Shown here in pieces: positions 40,126-52,645 of a DNA stretch of 64,000 nucleotides; the stretch's first letter is position 1; each line of letters begins with the position of its first letter. The stretch is taken from the NCBI RefSeq assembly GCF_009914755.1, contig NC_060929.1; one strand, 5' to 3'. The position numbers and the translations under genes were made by a program. The notes beneath the pieces were generated by a model. That model was not told the origin of the DNA. It saw only the letters and a program-made list of their open reading frames with translations, and ran no database searches. This stretch comes from the human T2T-CHM13v2.0 reference genome, Homo sapiens.

Positions 40126-42003
40126 CTGCAGGTGTAACATAAAAGGGTCAGCTGAGTGGTCATCCTGTGCCAAAAGTCTTCAACTCCCAGACCAAGTCTG
40201 TCTGACACTAGGGAAGCCACTGCCCTACGTGGTTCTTGCTAAGACAATCTGAATACCCGAGCAACTAGCCAGAAAACCTAAACTTATCCATTGTCTATAG
40301 GGAAGTACTCTTTTTCCTTCTCGTGTCCATAGACATCCCTTCTTTTTGGCTTCTATTTTATTCTGAGGAAATCAAAAGTATATCAGTCAAAGAACAGGGA
40401 ATCATGTATAGAAAGGCAATGGAAACAAGCACCTTAGCAAAGACTGTTTTTAATGCCCCTGTCTATAAGCGCTGAGCCTGATAAGTTAGGTAACATGTCT
40501 GGGAAGATGTTACCTCACTCACCATTGGGATTGTCTTCCTAGCCCTGTTCCTGGTATGTCCACTGTGACGAATAGCAATCCTTGGTTCGTGCTTTTCCTT
40601 ACCTGTAACTCTCCTTTGTGCAATGGAACTAGTTAAATGCCCCAGGCCAACTCAGGTCTTAGGCTTTCACAGTCAGTGACATGAAGGCCAAAGATAAATT
40701 AAAATTCTCTTCTCTGGAGGGCAGCCCTTCCTCCACAGGCCTGGGAACTGGGAGGGAACTCTGGGAACTGTGACCTGAGGCTGGGAGCACTGTGCTTTAT
40801 CTCTTTATCAGAATGCCCTGCCTGTACTTGCCAGTTCCTCTTCTTTGTTTGGTTTCATTTTTGCTCTTTAGTTTTAACATGGCAGGGCAAATGATTTCAG
40901 AAGGCAGAGTTTGCTGTGTTCTTTGCTGCGAAATGGGAGCCTGCTGGGAGTTTGGGTGTTCATTTTTTCCACTTTGCTTCAGACTCTGAGTGCATTAGCA
41001 GAATAAATGCCTCTTAAAAATATTGAGGCTCATTAGGATGACACATTGGAGAGATGAATGTGTGTGCTCAACGTTGTGTTCCAGGTAAAATGAAACACAA
41101 GTCCTGTTGTTTGTCAATGATGATGCTTGTTATTGTTCTGAAAGGACAGTTACAGGGTACCTGGCAGTACATTTAAGCTCAAACAATCCAAATTTTCCCA
41201 AAGGCACAGAGCCAAAATATGTAGAGAAGACAATTGATAATTACTTTTGCTTGTATACCATTTTGTGAGGAAATGAGCATATTTAAAGGAAATCTATAAT
41301 CTCATTAGAAATCATATCTATATCATAAAAATGAAACAATTGGTATTAAAGCAATTTTTCCCCTAACAGTTTGTAGAACAAGTTCAGAAAGAGAAATATC
41401 AAATGCCTTAGACATTGAGGTGATGACTCGCCTGTTGATGTTATAAAGTTATCTATCAGTTTGTAGGTGAAATTTAAATTAAAAACCATCTTGCTCCAAA
41501 GCTTGGAATCATGAATGGGCAGGAATTGTGAAAATTGGCCTTATATGTCTACAGAACAAGGATGCTAACATAAAGCACTGTATTTCTGAATTATAACACA
41601 CTCATTTTCTAGTAAGCTGCTCAATCAATAGCACCATCCTGAGATATCCCTGAGATCTTATATTTGGAGAGTAAAAAGAAAACAGCAGCAGTGGTTTGTC
41701 ATCCATGGGGAACTACTGGACTTCTTCATGTGAAACAGAAATTCCACCCCAGTTTGTGACTCCCCACTGAGTCTTACTGAGAAGGATGGCATACAAACTC
41801 CTGAAAATGAAAAGAGCAGCAGGAATGCAAGCTCCCCCATAGGAACTGAGCAAAAAACCCTGTTGTCTTAAGATCCTCTTTCCCAGCTTTTAGAACACAT
41901 CTGAGACGTCCCGGGGTAGACTGCATGACATCTAACATGTTCCTTTCTCCCTCTGAGAAGAAATGCAAAATGAAAGAAGAGATAAATATCAAGGAAATTT
42001 TAC

Positions 42004-42046
42004 CTGGCGGACAAGACGGGCCGCTTTGTCCATTGCCTCAAGCCAC
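42004..42046 (-). pseudogene. PDZPH1P: Exon B (43 nt): PH1 C-terminal helix, intact
   Basis: Acceptor ctctcactttactgtctttcag, donor CAG|gtaaaa; (R)WLEAMDKAARLVRQ; phase 2 to phase 0. Confidence 0.88.
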
Positions 42047-43840
42047 CTGAAAGACAGTAAAGTGAGAGGAGATGTCCTTGGGGAACTGGATAAATATCAC
42101 TTGGAGGAGCTTGTTGTTTCTACTGAACCCATTGTTGAGGCAGAACAGTCTTGAGGCTCAGATATATTTCATTGCTCTAAGTTTATAGTTGAAGGGTGAC
42201 ACATTTGCAAAATTGGTGTTACTAGGTGGCAAAATCGCACTTCCATTTGGCATATTTGAAATATTCTTATCCTTCTCCTTTACTATAGTTTACTTAATGC
42301 CTGAGAATAAATGTAGTCAGTCTTTACAAAGATATATGAATTTATTAACACCAACAAAGTTAATAACAATTGGTATATTAACTGTAAGGTACTGACTATT
42401 AAAATATGGAAAGACTGGTAAATAATCATTGTCCTGAGTCTTTCCCTAAGTGTTCCTTGGACATAGAGGCCTCCTTTAGCACACCATTAACGCCCCTCCC
42501 TGAGGACTGAATTTTCTTAGTTTTGCCTCCTTAGCTAGGCACCAGCCTATTCAGCCCACCCTATCTTGCTAATCTTTTTAAATTTTCTTTTAATCCCCTA
42601 ACTTCCAATCAAATTATACTGCCTGCTACTCTCCCCAAAGCTTGATTTATTCCATTTGCCATCCTATGTTCTACTTCTCTGTTATATGCTTATCCAATCC
42701 TATACCATACCCTTTATAAACAACTCTTTCATACCCCCATCTAGAAAACCTCTCTTCCTACTCTCAATTCTTATGCCACTTTGTCTTTTCCTATTGCACT
42801 TCTCAATTTTTATTTTGGATTCAATATATTGAAATAAATGCCCTATCTTCTTAGTTAAGAGGGTTTTTTTGAGGGCAAGGATTGGCTCTTCACTATACTA
42901 ATAATCTTTAGAGATCTTAAGACAGTGTCTTTGGACATACTAGATGGCCAATAAATATTTTGTGCATTAATTGAAGTACAATCAAATTGTTATCATGTTT
43001 TCTTGTTTGTCTTTTAGAGTGCCATGCTTTTGAATATTACAATGTTCCACAAATAGAGATGGTGTATTGTTTGCCTAATATGTTTCAGCCTAGGACTACC
43101 TTGAAGATTGGAGCTGGGCCCAAACGTTCTTCAGGAAATGTGTCATTGATACTAAACACTGTTGACCTGTGGCCTTTTTGTCATTTACTTTTTGTCCGCC
43201 ACTATATCTCACCCCTCACTCTAGCATTACTTTCAATAGTTTTCAGTCGACTCATTGGATTGACCTATGATCTCCATTCCCTCAGGGACTGAGTAATGAT
43301 TATGGTGGCTAAATGATCAGAGCTCATAGGCTACCCTCTTAGATTGTAAGCACAATCCTCCTCCATTTTGGTTGTATGTGAAGATATCAACTAGTTTCAT
43401 TCCTCTGCAAAGCTACATTATTATGAGTATTTTGCTTTTCTCACTATATTTTATTAAGTTGTGATCCTGATAAATTATTTTTATACCTACAACTATTTAT
43501 TCATCCAATTAGCTTAAAATACATACACTTGGCAAGTTTTGGAAATGCTAGATGAGATCTGCAGTAATAATTACATTTTTCAAGAAAAAATGGAGACCTA
43601 AGGTGAGTTAGCGTATGATCCTTACGTTCTTTGGAAATAGTTAGAACAAATCTGGAGGGAAAATGAAGAATCAAACTTTTCCTACCTAAGGGGGGTGGGT
43701 GGGAAAAAAGATATTTATTGACTCATACTGTGAATCTGTTGTTTCCTGCTTCCGATCTTAAGAATCTGTAAGTTTGCTGTGGAAGAAGCATTTCCCTCAT
43801 TCAAAGTGAAACTATGTAAGATAAAAGATTAGTGAATTAC

Positions 43841-43998
43841 CTTTTCATTTCTTGGTTTGAGGTTGCATAGAGGCAAAAAGTCCTATTTCCAGACTGAGGC
43901 ACACAGTTAAACACAAATGGTTTTCCCAAGCTGCTATCAATGCTAACTTCTGCACCTTCTAATTTTATTACTTCTAGAGGTGGCCATTTTCCTTCATC
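43841..43998 (-). pseudogene. PDZPH1P: Exon A (158 nt): PH1 strands, intact
   Basis: Acceptor ctttcttatcaattacag, donor AAG|gtaatt; 52 open codons DEGKWPPL...ATSNQEMK + AG. Confidence 0.88.
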
Positions 43999-44225
43999 CT
44001 GTAATTGATAAGAAAGATGTTCAATATGGGCACTGTCAGCAGATAAGGGAGAAAAAGAGAGAGGAAAGGAGGACTAAAATGATGGTTTTGATTGATTGTT
44101 TTTTGGATCTGAAATGAAAATAAAACCAATAAGATTTTTTTATGGATTATGTTCCATGAAACTCCAAATTTTCTAGCTATGATATTTTCCCACATCCGTT
44201 TTAAGTAGTCTATTTATGTGAAATT

Positions 44226-44500
44226 TTTTTTGTTTTGTTTTGTTTTGTTTTGTTTTGTTTTGTTTTGAGACCGAGTCTCGCTATGTCACCCAGGCTGAAG
44301 TGCATTGGCGCGATCTTGGCTCACTGCAAACTCCACCTCCTGGGTTCATAATTCTTCTGTCTCAGCCTCCTGAGTAGCTGGGACTACAGGTGCATGCCAC
44401 CATGCCTGGCTAATTTTTGTATTTTTAGTAGAGACGGCATATCACCATATTGGCCAGGCTGGTCTCGAACTCCTGACCTCATGATCCGCCTGCCTCGGCC
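44226..44500 (-). mobile_element. AluS, missing its 5' ~45 nt, (TTTTG)n tail
   Basis: Ends at gcctcggcc; degenerate TSD tttatgtgaaattt / tttatgccaacttt. Confidence 0.92.
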
Positions 44501-44949
44501 TTTATGCCAACTTTGGAGAGTATTATTCATTATTAATGTCCATTTTTTTCCCATCAGAAAAAAAAATCAAAAGAAATCAATATCACAAAATATATGTGGT
44601 TGGTAGTGACATACATCTCTAGTTAGTACCTATAATAAAACATATATTTCATGCTTATTGTATATCAGGCCCTCTTCCAAGTTCTTTACATCTATTAATT
44701 GATTTTTCTTCACTAATGCTCATGAGGTAGTTACTCTTATCTCCATCTACAGATTAAGAAACTGCCACATGCAGAGAATAAAAAGTATTTTTCTTTAAAG
44801 GACAGTAGTTTAAAATATCATACTATGTATGAAAAACTAAATCATTTTATAGGTAAATATTTTATTTGGATTTATTTTACAACAGTATGTCAAAACATCC
44901 TGTCCATTTTTCATGTCCTAAGAACATCTGCACTGAGACTTAGCTTACC

Positions 44950-45780
44950 GCAAAGTCACTCATTTTACATGTATAATTTAATGACATTTTAATAAATTTA
45001 TAGAATTAGGAAACTATTATCATAAACTAGTTTCAGAACTTTTCCAATATTCCCCAAATTTCCTTTGAGTCTGTTTGTAAGTCAGTTGCTACTGCCTCAC
45101 ACCTCCCAATCACAGGCAACCAAAAATACGTTTTCTGTCATTACATATTTGCCATTTCCGGACATTTGATGTAAGTGGAATCATACAATATGTGGTCTTT
45201 TGTGACTGGCTTCCTTTACTTGTTATAATGCTTTCAAGTTTCATCCATGTTGTATCACTTATCAGTACTTCATTACTTTTCATTGCTGAATTATATTCTA
45301 TTGTACGAATATGACACATTTTGTTTATCCATTTGCAAATTTATGGACATTTACTTTCCAGTTTGAGCTGTCTTGAATAATGTCTCTATGAACATTTGTG
45401 TACGGGTCTCAGTGTGGACATATGCTTTTATTTCTCTTTGGTAGATTACTTTGGTGAAATTGTTGGGTCAAATGGTAAATTTAACTTTAACTTTATAAAA
45501 AACTGACCAACCATTTGCCAAATTGGCCGTGCCATTTTAAAGCCCCATGGGCAGTATATGAGTTTTTCAGATTCTCCACACCCTCACTAATACTTGGTAA
45601 TGTTTGTCTTTTTGATAGTAGACATCCTAGTGGGAGTTATCTCATTATGGTTTTTATTTGCATTTTTCAAAACACTCACTATGTGGAGTACCATGTAATG
45701 TGCTTATTAACCACTGATATGTCTTCACTAATGACATATCTCTACTTTGGTGAAATGTCTTTAAAATATTTATTCTATGA
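44950..45780 (-). mobile_element. L1MB/ME-like 3' region
   Basis: caggcaaccaaaaat...ggaatcatacaatatgtggtcttttgtgactggcttc...ctcattatggtttttatttgcatt. Confidence 0.85.
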
Positions 45781-46012
45781 GAAATAATTTTCTGGGCAAT
45801 CAAATGATATATGAAAAGGGTACAAGTTGGCAAAAAAACACCTTTTTTGGGTTTCTTATTAGTGTTATACCAATAATTGGGCACTAAATAAATACTTGTT
45901 GAATAATAAATATGTTCCTTTGAATCTAAGTGTCTTAGATTATATATCTTAGATTACATAGATATTGTAGACATCTCTGCATATGTGTATCACAAAGAGA
46001 TGAGTCCTAACT

Positions 46013-46145
46013 TAAGTTCTTAACCAATTTTAGGTAATAAACTCCTTTAAGATGCTGATGAAAGCTATGAACCCTTTCCCTCAAAATACACATATATGTA
46101 TATATGCCTGTACATAGACACATATGAAAAAATTTCTTGCAAGTC
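46013..46145. mobile_element. MER103-like hAT MITE fragment (similar copy at ~24010-24170)
   Basis: gttcttaacc...ctgatgaaagctatgaaccctttccc. Confidence 0.5.
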
Positions 46146-46976
46146 ACAAGTACAGGTAGATGGATAGAAGAATATTATTCAACTAAAAATAGTATCTCAT
46201 AGTAGTATGGTATTTTCATGGGCTCTTTTTTATTTTTCATAACAACTCTATGAAGCAGAAGCTAATATATCCATTTTCTAGAGGAAGAAACAGATTTGAT
46301 GAGATGGTCCAAGGTTTAATGGACAGAAACACAGAGATAGAACTTATGCCCTGGTCTCCTAGCTCTGTCTTCCCACACTGTTTCTGTTGAATGTCTGGCT
46401 TCTTGGGCCACTGGAATTTGGAGAACTGCTGGATTTTAAAGTCAGCATTTGAAGGCTGTGATATTCAACATTTCAGTAGACAGAGTATTTCCAGACATCA
46501 TCAACTTTCCTGGAATAGAGACAGAGATCTAGAACTTTGATCTGTTTAAATAAATATCCAGATGGGAGCACATCTTATAAAAATTGTATATAGCCAATAA
46601 TATGACATTAGAAACCAGAATAATATATTTTCATTTGCTTTAATAAGGCTATAGATGTTGTATGCCTGCACAGAGTGGCTAATTATATGTAATTTTCCCA
46701 GAAGCATCTTAAACGATAAAAAGAAATGAGATAACATAAACAAGGCCTGGAGATTTTATTCTGTTGGTAAGTGGCAGGTATACTTATTTACTAAAAGCAA
46801 ATACTCACTGGGCCTGCTTTCCTGTGGATCCATTATACTGATAAGATGACATAATATGTTGATCTCCCAGTAGCAATGCTGTTAGGTTACTCTGGGACTA
46901 CCAGTGTTCTCCCACATCCTTTGCTGTAGGGAATGCAAAGGAGTTCTTTCATATGGCACAGACATACCAAAAATAG

Positions 46977-47022
46977 TATGAGGATCTTTCCCTTATGAGT
47001 CACTTATGAGGATCTTTCCCTT
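46977..47022. repeat. 18-bp direct repeat flanking an AP-1 motif
   Basis: tatgaggatctttccctt x2 separated by atgagtcact. Confidence 0.85.
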
Positions 47023-49529
47023 CTGCTAAAGTTGAAACTATGTGAGAAGAATGAATAATTACTGAATGGACTGAATTTAAAAACGAGGCCTATGATCTCC
47101 TACGTGGTCTACATCATGGCCCAGATTCCATTTTTACCAATCTCAGCTGCTGCCCCTGCTTATAAGCCTGCTATGGCCCTGGGAGCAGCTGCAATAAACC
47201 CATGGAGACAGATCCTGTGTAGCACGTGTGGGTGCTCTTACAGCTGTGCTTACCCGTCTTACTGTTCTTTCTGTTTCCCTCTCCCAAGCACCTCTAACCT
47301 CCACTCCTATGGATATACAGGTGTTGGAAAAGATTCCCCATTTAGTCTAATCCTAATGCTGCTTGGACTATGGTGCCATATTCCCCACTCAAATGTTTTC
47401 TGAGGATAAAGGACAATTAGAATCCTTCTATCTTACTGCCATGTCCTTGGGGTTTTTAACTCCTCCCTTAAACAAGCCCAATCCCTCAGTTTGGCAATAA
47501 TTTTTAAATTGCTTCTGATTGATTCCTTCCCTCCAGTTCTGCCAAAAGTCTCTCTTATGTTGTTGCTGGAAACAGTGAAGATTTTTAAGACTGGTTTCTC
47601 TACAACTTTAAATTATCCTTTCTAAGGCACAGAAAAGCTCCAGCTCCATTTTTCTAGTCCTGAGCCAAATTGTAGAACCAGCTGTGTGCAGGATTGATTA
47701 AAATAACAGAGATGCTGAAAGGATTTACCAAGGAATTGTTTAGTGATGTCCAGAAGCAATAGACTGAGAATAAAGGAACCTGGGTTGTTTGTGCCAGACA
47801 GCCTTGGATAATGTTGACATTGTTTGTTATGGAAATAATACTTTCACAGAAATCATCCCAAAGGTCACACAGCTCAGAAAAAGGAAAATAGTAAACAATA
47901 ATAATGAGAAAAACTCAACCCAGAGTGAATACACTTAATTAAATTATGTATATAAAGAAAAACACAGATAAAGGCATTTGTGACTCTCTGTAACGGGTTC
48001 TCTGCTAAAATAAAATCACCTACAAATGTTTTAAAATTATTGGCTGTGGTTAAAGTTTTGTTTTGAACCTGCTAGGAAGTTTTTATTGTTGTTGGTAGGG
48101 CTTCCTGTTTAAGAAAAGGGAAAAGTCTGGGACCCTCTACCAATATGTTTCATTTTATCTGGAGGCACAGCCATGAAAATCCATATACTAAAGAGGAGCG
48201 AAAAGGCATCTTTAGCCATGAGAAAGAACTAATTTTCAGTGGGGAAAACAGAGCCAGGATAAAATTTAGAGGGAAAGAAAGCATGTCCTAAAGCAAAACA
48301 CCACATGAAAAGGTGCATGAAATACACATCTAGAGAGCTATATTTAAAGCTGGGAGTTTGAAGCAAAATTGAGGAATGGCTGTCCCTCAGAGGTTTATTA
48401 ATGATGCTGAGAGCTTTATCTCTAGGTGGCAGTTTGGAAGCACCGCCTCCCTGTCAGTGACTGGAAACCATCACTCCTCAATAGCTATGAGAATGATGGC
48501 CTCTGTCCATGTCATAGCTGATAGGATCAGGGAAGGAAAGATACAAGAGAGCTTTCACTGGAGTGATCTTTGTTCTTTGTCCTGTGAATAAATAGAAGTC
48601 TCGACGTCCTAGGGATTGTAAGCCCCTCACTATACCACTCAAGAGTATTTATGTATGCGTGCATTTCCATAGGTATGTATATATGTATTTGTTTATTTAT
48701 GCATGCGTTCCCTTTTTCCCTCCAGGTAGGAAAGAAAGAATGGACAAAGGACAATGAACAGAAAGTAAAATGAGCATGCAAGTCAGACCCTTGTTCATGG
48801 GTGGTACTGGGTTCCTTGTGTAAGCTTTGAGAATTTGACATTTCTCATATTGCTTTTATCAGGAAATTGAGACAATCTCATTGCTCCCAAACTTGCAGTG
48901 ACTCTCTAAATAGAAGCACCTGAATAAGACACTTCATCTTTAAATATGGTCATGGCTCTTTCTTTGCTTTTATAAGGATGCCTGGCTGCAAACTCAGAAT
49001 TTTGTGCATTTCTTTTAAGTTTGTCTGGAATGAGGAATCATTTTTTAGCAGTGATAAATTCATGCTGGCTGCACCGTGTCATTTCCTGGCACCAGGGAGA
49101 CTCTAGGTTCCAGGAAACACAGGCAGCTCTTGGGGCTGAAGGAGTTCATGGGTATCAGACCAGCATATTACACTGTGCCCAGACAGGCTTCCTGCTGGAA
49201 AGGTAGCCAAGGGGGAAGGATGCTGATGGTATTGGAGTCTGAGTTGCCTAGGCTCTATAGCTTTGAAGAGACATTTCTGGCCTCAGTCACGTGGCTCAAT
49301 TGTCACCTTTTTCCTTGGCTCCTAAATGATCCCTTAATAACTACCACCCAATACTTTCATCATGACAGAAAGACTATGAAATAATAAAACAATAACAGTA
49401 ATGATCTTGTTAGAAGTTGTCAGAAAGTTACCAAGTGAACCTTAAAATCAAGACATTCTGCATCTTAAGCTCTGCAATTAGATGTTTGTCCCCCCTCCTC
49501 TGTCCCCAGAACTCATCATGTTGTTCATT

Positions 49530-49745
49530 TGTAGGTAGACTCTACAGCTAGATGATCTGGGTTGGAATTCTCACTGTACTGTTATTAGGTCACCTTTGTG
49601 ACCTTAGGCTTGTGACTCTCTGTGCCTCAGTTTCCTTACTCGTAAAGAAGAGTTGTTATAAGGATTGAGTTAATATATGCATAAGGTGTTCAGAACACTG
49701 CCTGGCATGTCATACAGGATGTATAAATACTAGCTTCCATTATTA
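49530..49745 (+). mobile_element. MIR
   Basis: tgtgaccttagg...ctctgtgcctcagtttcct...gttgttataaggattgagttaatatatg...agaacactgcctggca. Confidence 0.8.
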
Positions 49746-51622
49746 TATAGAAATTTGATGAAAGTGAAGAGTGAGAACCTAGAGAAGAAGTTAACAGAGA
49801 AGCTTTAATAGGGGTGCCAAGGGTAAATTTATTAAAAGTAAATTTCTACATCTGCATTTTTTTCTCCAAGAATTAGACTATATGAAGAGTGTGAGGGCTT
49901 TCTCTCTGAATTTCAGTGACTTCATTTATAATGGAGGAAACAGCACCTTCCTTTGTGAGGATGAGATGAGATTACTTACGTAGTGTTTGGCCCATAATGA
50001 CTGTTCAAGGAAGGTTTTTTCTTTCCCACATCTGGGGTCTGCTTTCAGTTTAAGCACAAATGAAGCATCACTACAATATCCCTAGGAATCAAAAAAGCTA
50101 TGGGAGAAAAGATCCTCCAGAACCAGTGATGATCATTATTGGGAGGGCGGCTGGGCTGGAGGCAGGGCCAGGGCTAAGGTTGGGGTGGGATGGACAGAGA
50201 AGGCAGAGAGGTGAACTAGGCTGTGCATCATTTTTCTATTTGGAAAGGAGTTGCGATGCTCTGATTGGTTGGCTCCTGCGCCTGAATTTCTGTAATTCAG
50301 GTGGCAGAGCCCATTTAATGCTTAATCCTACACTATACTCAGAGATTTGGGGATTTAGTACTTGTCTCTGGTTAAACTTGGACTTAGAATCTCCCATAAC
50401 CCACAGATAAAGGCTGACTTTCCTGCAGACTGAGTCTTCCTTCCTCTGTGATCACATTCTGAGAGGCTGCCTTTGGGCCTTGACCAAACTCTGCCCCTCC
50501 CACACCTGAAATAGCACCCTGGGCTCTAAACCTTCTCTCCTTTCCTTTCACCAGAGCTTCCTAAATATGTCTGTACCTTCTTGCCAGACACTGTACTAGG
50601 CACTCAGGTTCTACCTGGCCTTAAGTCTTAGATTGATTTCCTACATTTAGTTCTCTCTCATTCTTGACAAAATTCCTCAGTCCTCTTTCCTTGGATGCTC
50701 TTAGATCCCTGGATTTTTCTAAATCCAATGTGTCCATTATTACTTGTGGCCCTTTCCTTGCCCATTCTGCCCCTCATTTTGAAAGGAGTGACCTGGTTTT
50801 CCTGAGAGGAAGTGTTCTGGTTCTCAATGGACCCAGATGTTTATCTATCCGCATGATGGCTTACTCAGTGCTTCTGAGTACAGGAAGAGTGGTTCTCTTT
50901 CTCTCATTTGTTTTTGGATCCCTCTACTTTTTAGATTTTTAAAATTGAGGTAATAAACTGGAAGAAAAATTCTGTTTTTCCTTTGAAATATCACCCTTCT
51001 TTTTAATTCTACTGATACCACTTTGGTGCACAGCCTTAACATCATGCCTGTGTCAACACGGCAAGCTCCTAGCTGAGTTTCTTCGATGTCAGACTCAGCA
51101 ATTTAATCTAAACAGTCTGATAGTGCCCACCCAAAGTCTACTTCCATTGCACTGTCCATGGTCCTGGTTGCCACTTCTCAGCTCCAAATTCACTCTTTGT
51201 GGCTTGATTTGTAAAAATAGATCTGAACCCTTCAAATATTTTTCCTTCACCAGCAACATTCATCATCTAGTGGGCTGTAACTAAACTTTTCTAATGAGGT
51301 CTGAACCCTCACTTACAAATTTGTCCTGCCTTGGGTACTCTCTCTTTTTAAAGACACCTTTTAGAGTTCTCTTTTTATGATTATTCTCCTATCATCGGTT
51401 AATACTTCTTTATATTAAACTTCCTTCCTCTGTTTACATTAGTCTGCGTATGTTAACTTGGCTACACTGTGGTGTACAGATATTTGGTCAAACACCATTC
51501 TAGGTGTTGCTGTGAAGGGTTTGTTCCCACCCCCCACCCCCGAAAGGAGAGATTATAGTTTATTAGGATTTTCTTCACTTCCTGGGTTTGTCATTAATTT
51601 GTGTGAAGTAAGTATTTGGTTA

Positions 51623-51871
51623 TTTTTTCCTTTTATTGATACATAATATTTTACATATTTATGAGGTATATGTGAGTGTTTGTTACCTGCATAGAATGTA
51701 TAATAATCAAGGTAGAGTATTTGGGGTATGAATTACCTTGCATATTTATCATTTCTATGTGTTGGTATCATTTCAAGTCTTCTAGTTATTTTGAAATATA
51801 CAAAATATTGTTGCTAAGTATAGTCACCTTGTTTTGCTAGCACACATTAGAATTTATTTCTTGTAACTGTA
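51623..51871 (-). mobile_element. L1MA-like 3' end, 5'-truncated
   Basis: tttattgatacataatattttacatatttatg...tatttatcatttctatgtgttgg...ttttgaaatataca...agtcacc. Confidence 0.85.
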
Positions 51872-52110
51872 TGCTGTGAAGGTATTTTTAGATGTGATTA
51901 ACACTTAAGTCAATAGATTATGAATAAACCAGATTACCCTTCATAATTTGGAAGGGTCATTCAATCAGCTCATTCAATCAGCTGAGGTACTTAAGAGAAA
52001 AAGACTGAGGTCTTCCGGAGGAAGACAGAATTATGCCTCCAGGAATTCCCTTAATCTTTCCCTCTCCCTCTCTGTATATATATTTATTTATGTATGTGTG
52101 TGTATATATA

Positions 52111-52566
52111 CAGATGACCCTTGAACATCACAGGTTTGAACTGCACAAGTCCACTTATATGCTAATGGTGTTGCTACTGTGGCAAGCTCAAGTGTCGTGA
52201 ACATACTTATCAGTAAGCCTTTTGGTTTATGGTAGGTTATTAATACAAGTTGACTCTTGAACAACACTGGGCTTAGGGGTCATTGATCCCCTACACAGTC
52301 AAAAGTCTTCATATAACTTTTGATTCCCCCAAAACTTAACTACTAATAGCCTACTGTTGATAGAAACCTTGCCAATAATCACATACTTGGCAACACTTGA
52401 GCTTACCACAATAGCAAAAGAAAAATCCAGGTAGAAATGGACCCACACTGTTCACACCCAAGTTGTTCAAGGGTCAACTTGTAGTTAAGTTTTTGGGGAG
52501 TCAAAATTTATATTCGGGTTTTCAACTGTGAAGGCAGGTTGGCACCTCCAACCCCCAGGTCAATCG
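52111..52566. mobile_element. MER8 (Tigger2-family MITE), outer copy
   Basis: ta|cagatgacccttgaaca...gtttgaactgcac...; resumes tagttaagtttttggggagtcaaaa...ggtcaatcg|ta. Confidence 0.75.
52246..52481. mobile_element. MER8, inner copy in opposite orientation
   Basis: TA TSD; TIRs caagttgactcttgaacaac / gttgttcaagggtcaacttg. Confidence 0.8.
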
Positions 52567-52578
52567 TATACAGACTCA

Positions 52579-52600
52579 GACACACACACACATACACACA

Positions 52601-52643
<43 letters not shown>
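52579..52643. repeat. (CA)n microsatellite
   Basis: Interrupted CA run. Confidence 0.95.

Positions 52644-52645
<2 letters not shown>

Larger units (their letters stand above)
26703..43998 (-). pseudogene. PDZPH1P: 3' part of an unprocessed (intron-containing) pseudogene encoding tandem PH domains; probably PDZ and pleckstrin homology domains 1 pseudogene
   Basis: Five GT-AG exons splice to DEGKWPPLEVIKLEGAEVSIDSSLGKPFVFNCVPQSGNRTFCLYATSNQEMKR|WLEAMDKAARLVRQ|SHVWEDVTLHNSSLPPLAIKNPGCLGLLHQLDINTDMWVLHYCILK(fs)LYFYDNNRSTQASG|GLYLQGYRVSEQTLSSKQLVIEL*PPSEEFKTFYFCAENETENRR|WITALKAFIKK(fs)WLPLH*AIQGFMN*PLGQAKM. PH hallmarks (W-x3-Y-x2-L, LYFY, F-x-F/L-x-A-x4-E-x2-RW helix) are seen directly; the symbol is from recall, not from a search. 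Confidence 0.8.

Noticed and set aside
41778-41800. 23-nt minus-strand mini-exon with good splice signals between exons B and C
   Set aside because: B and C already join in phase; inclusion would shift frame; at most a cryptic exon
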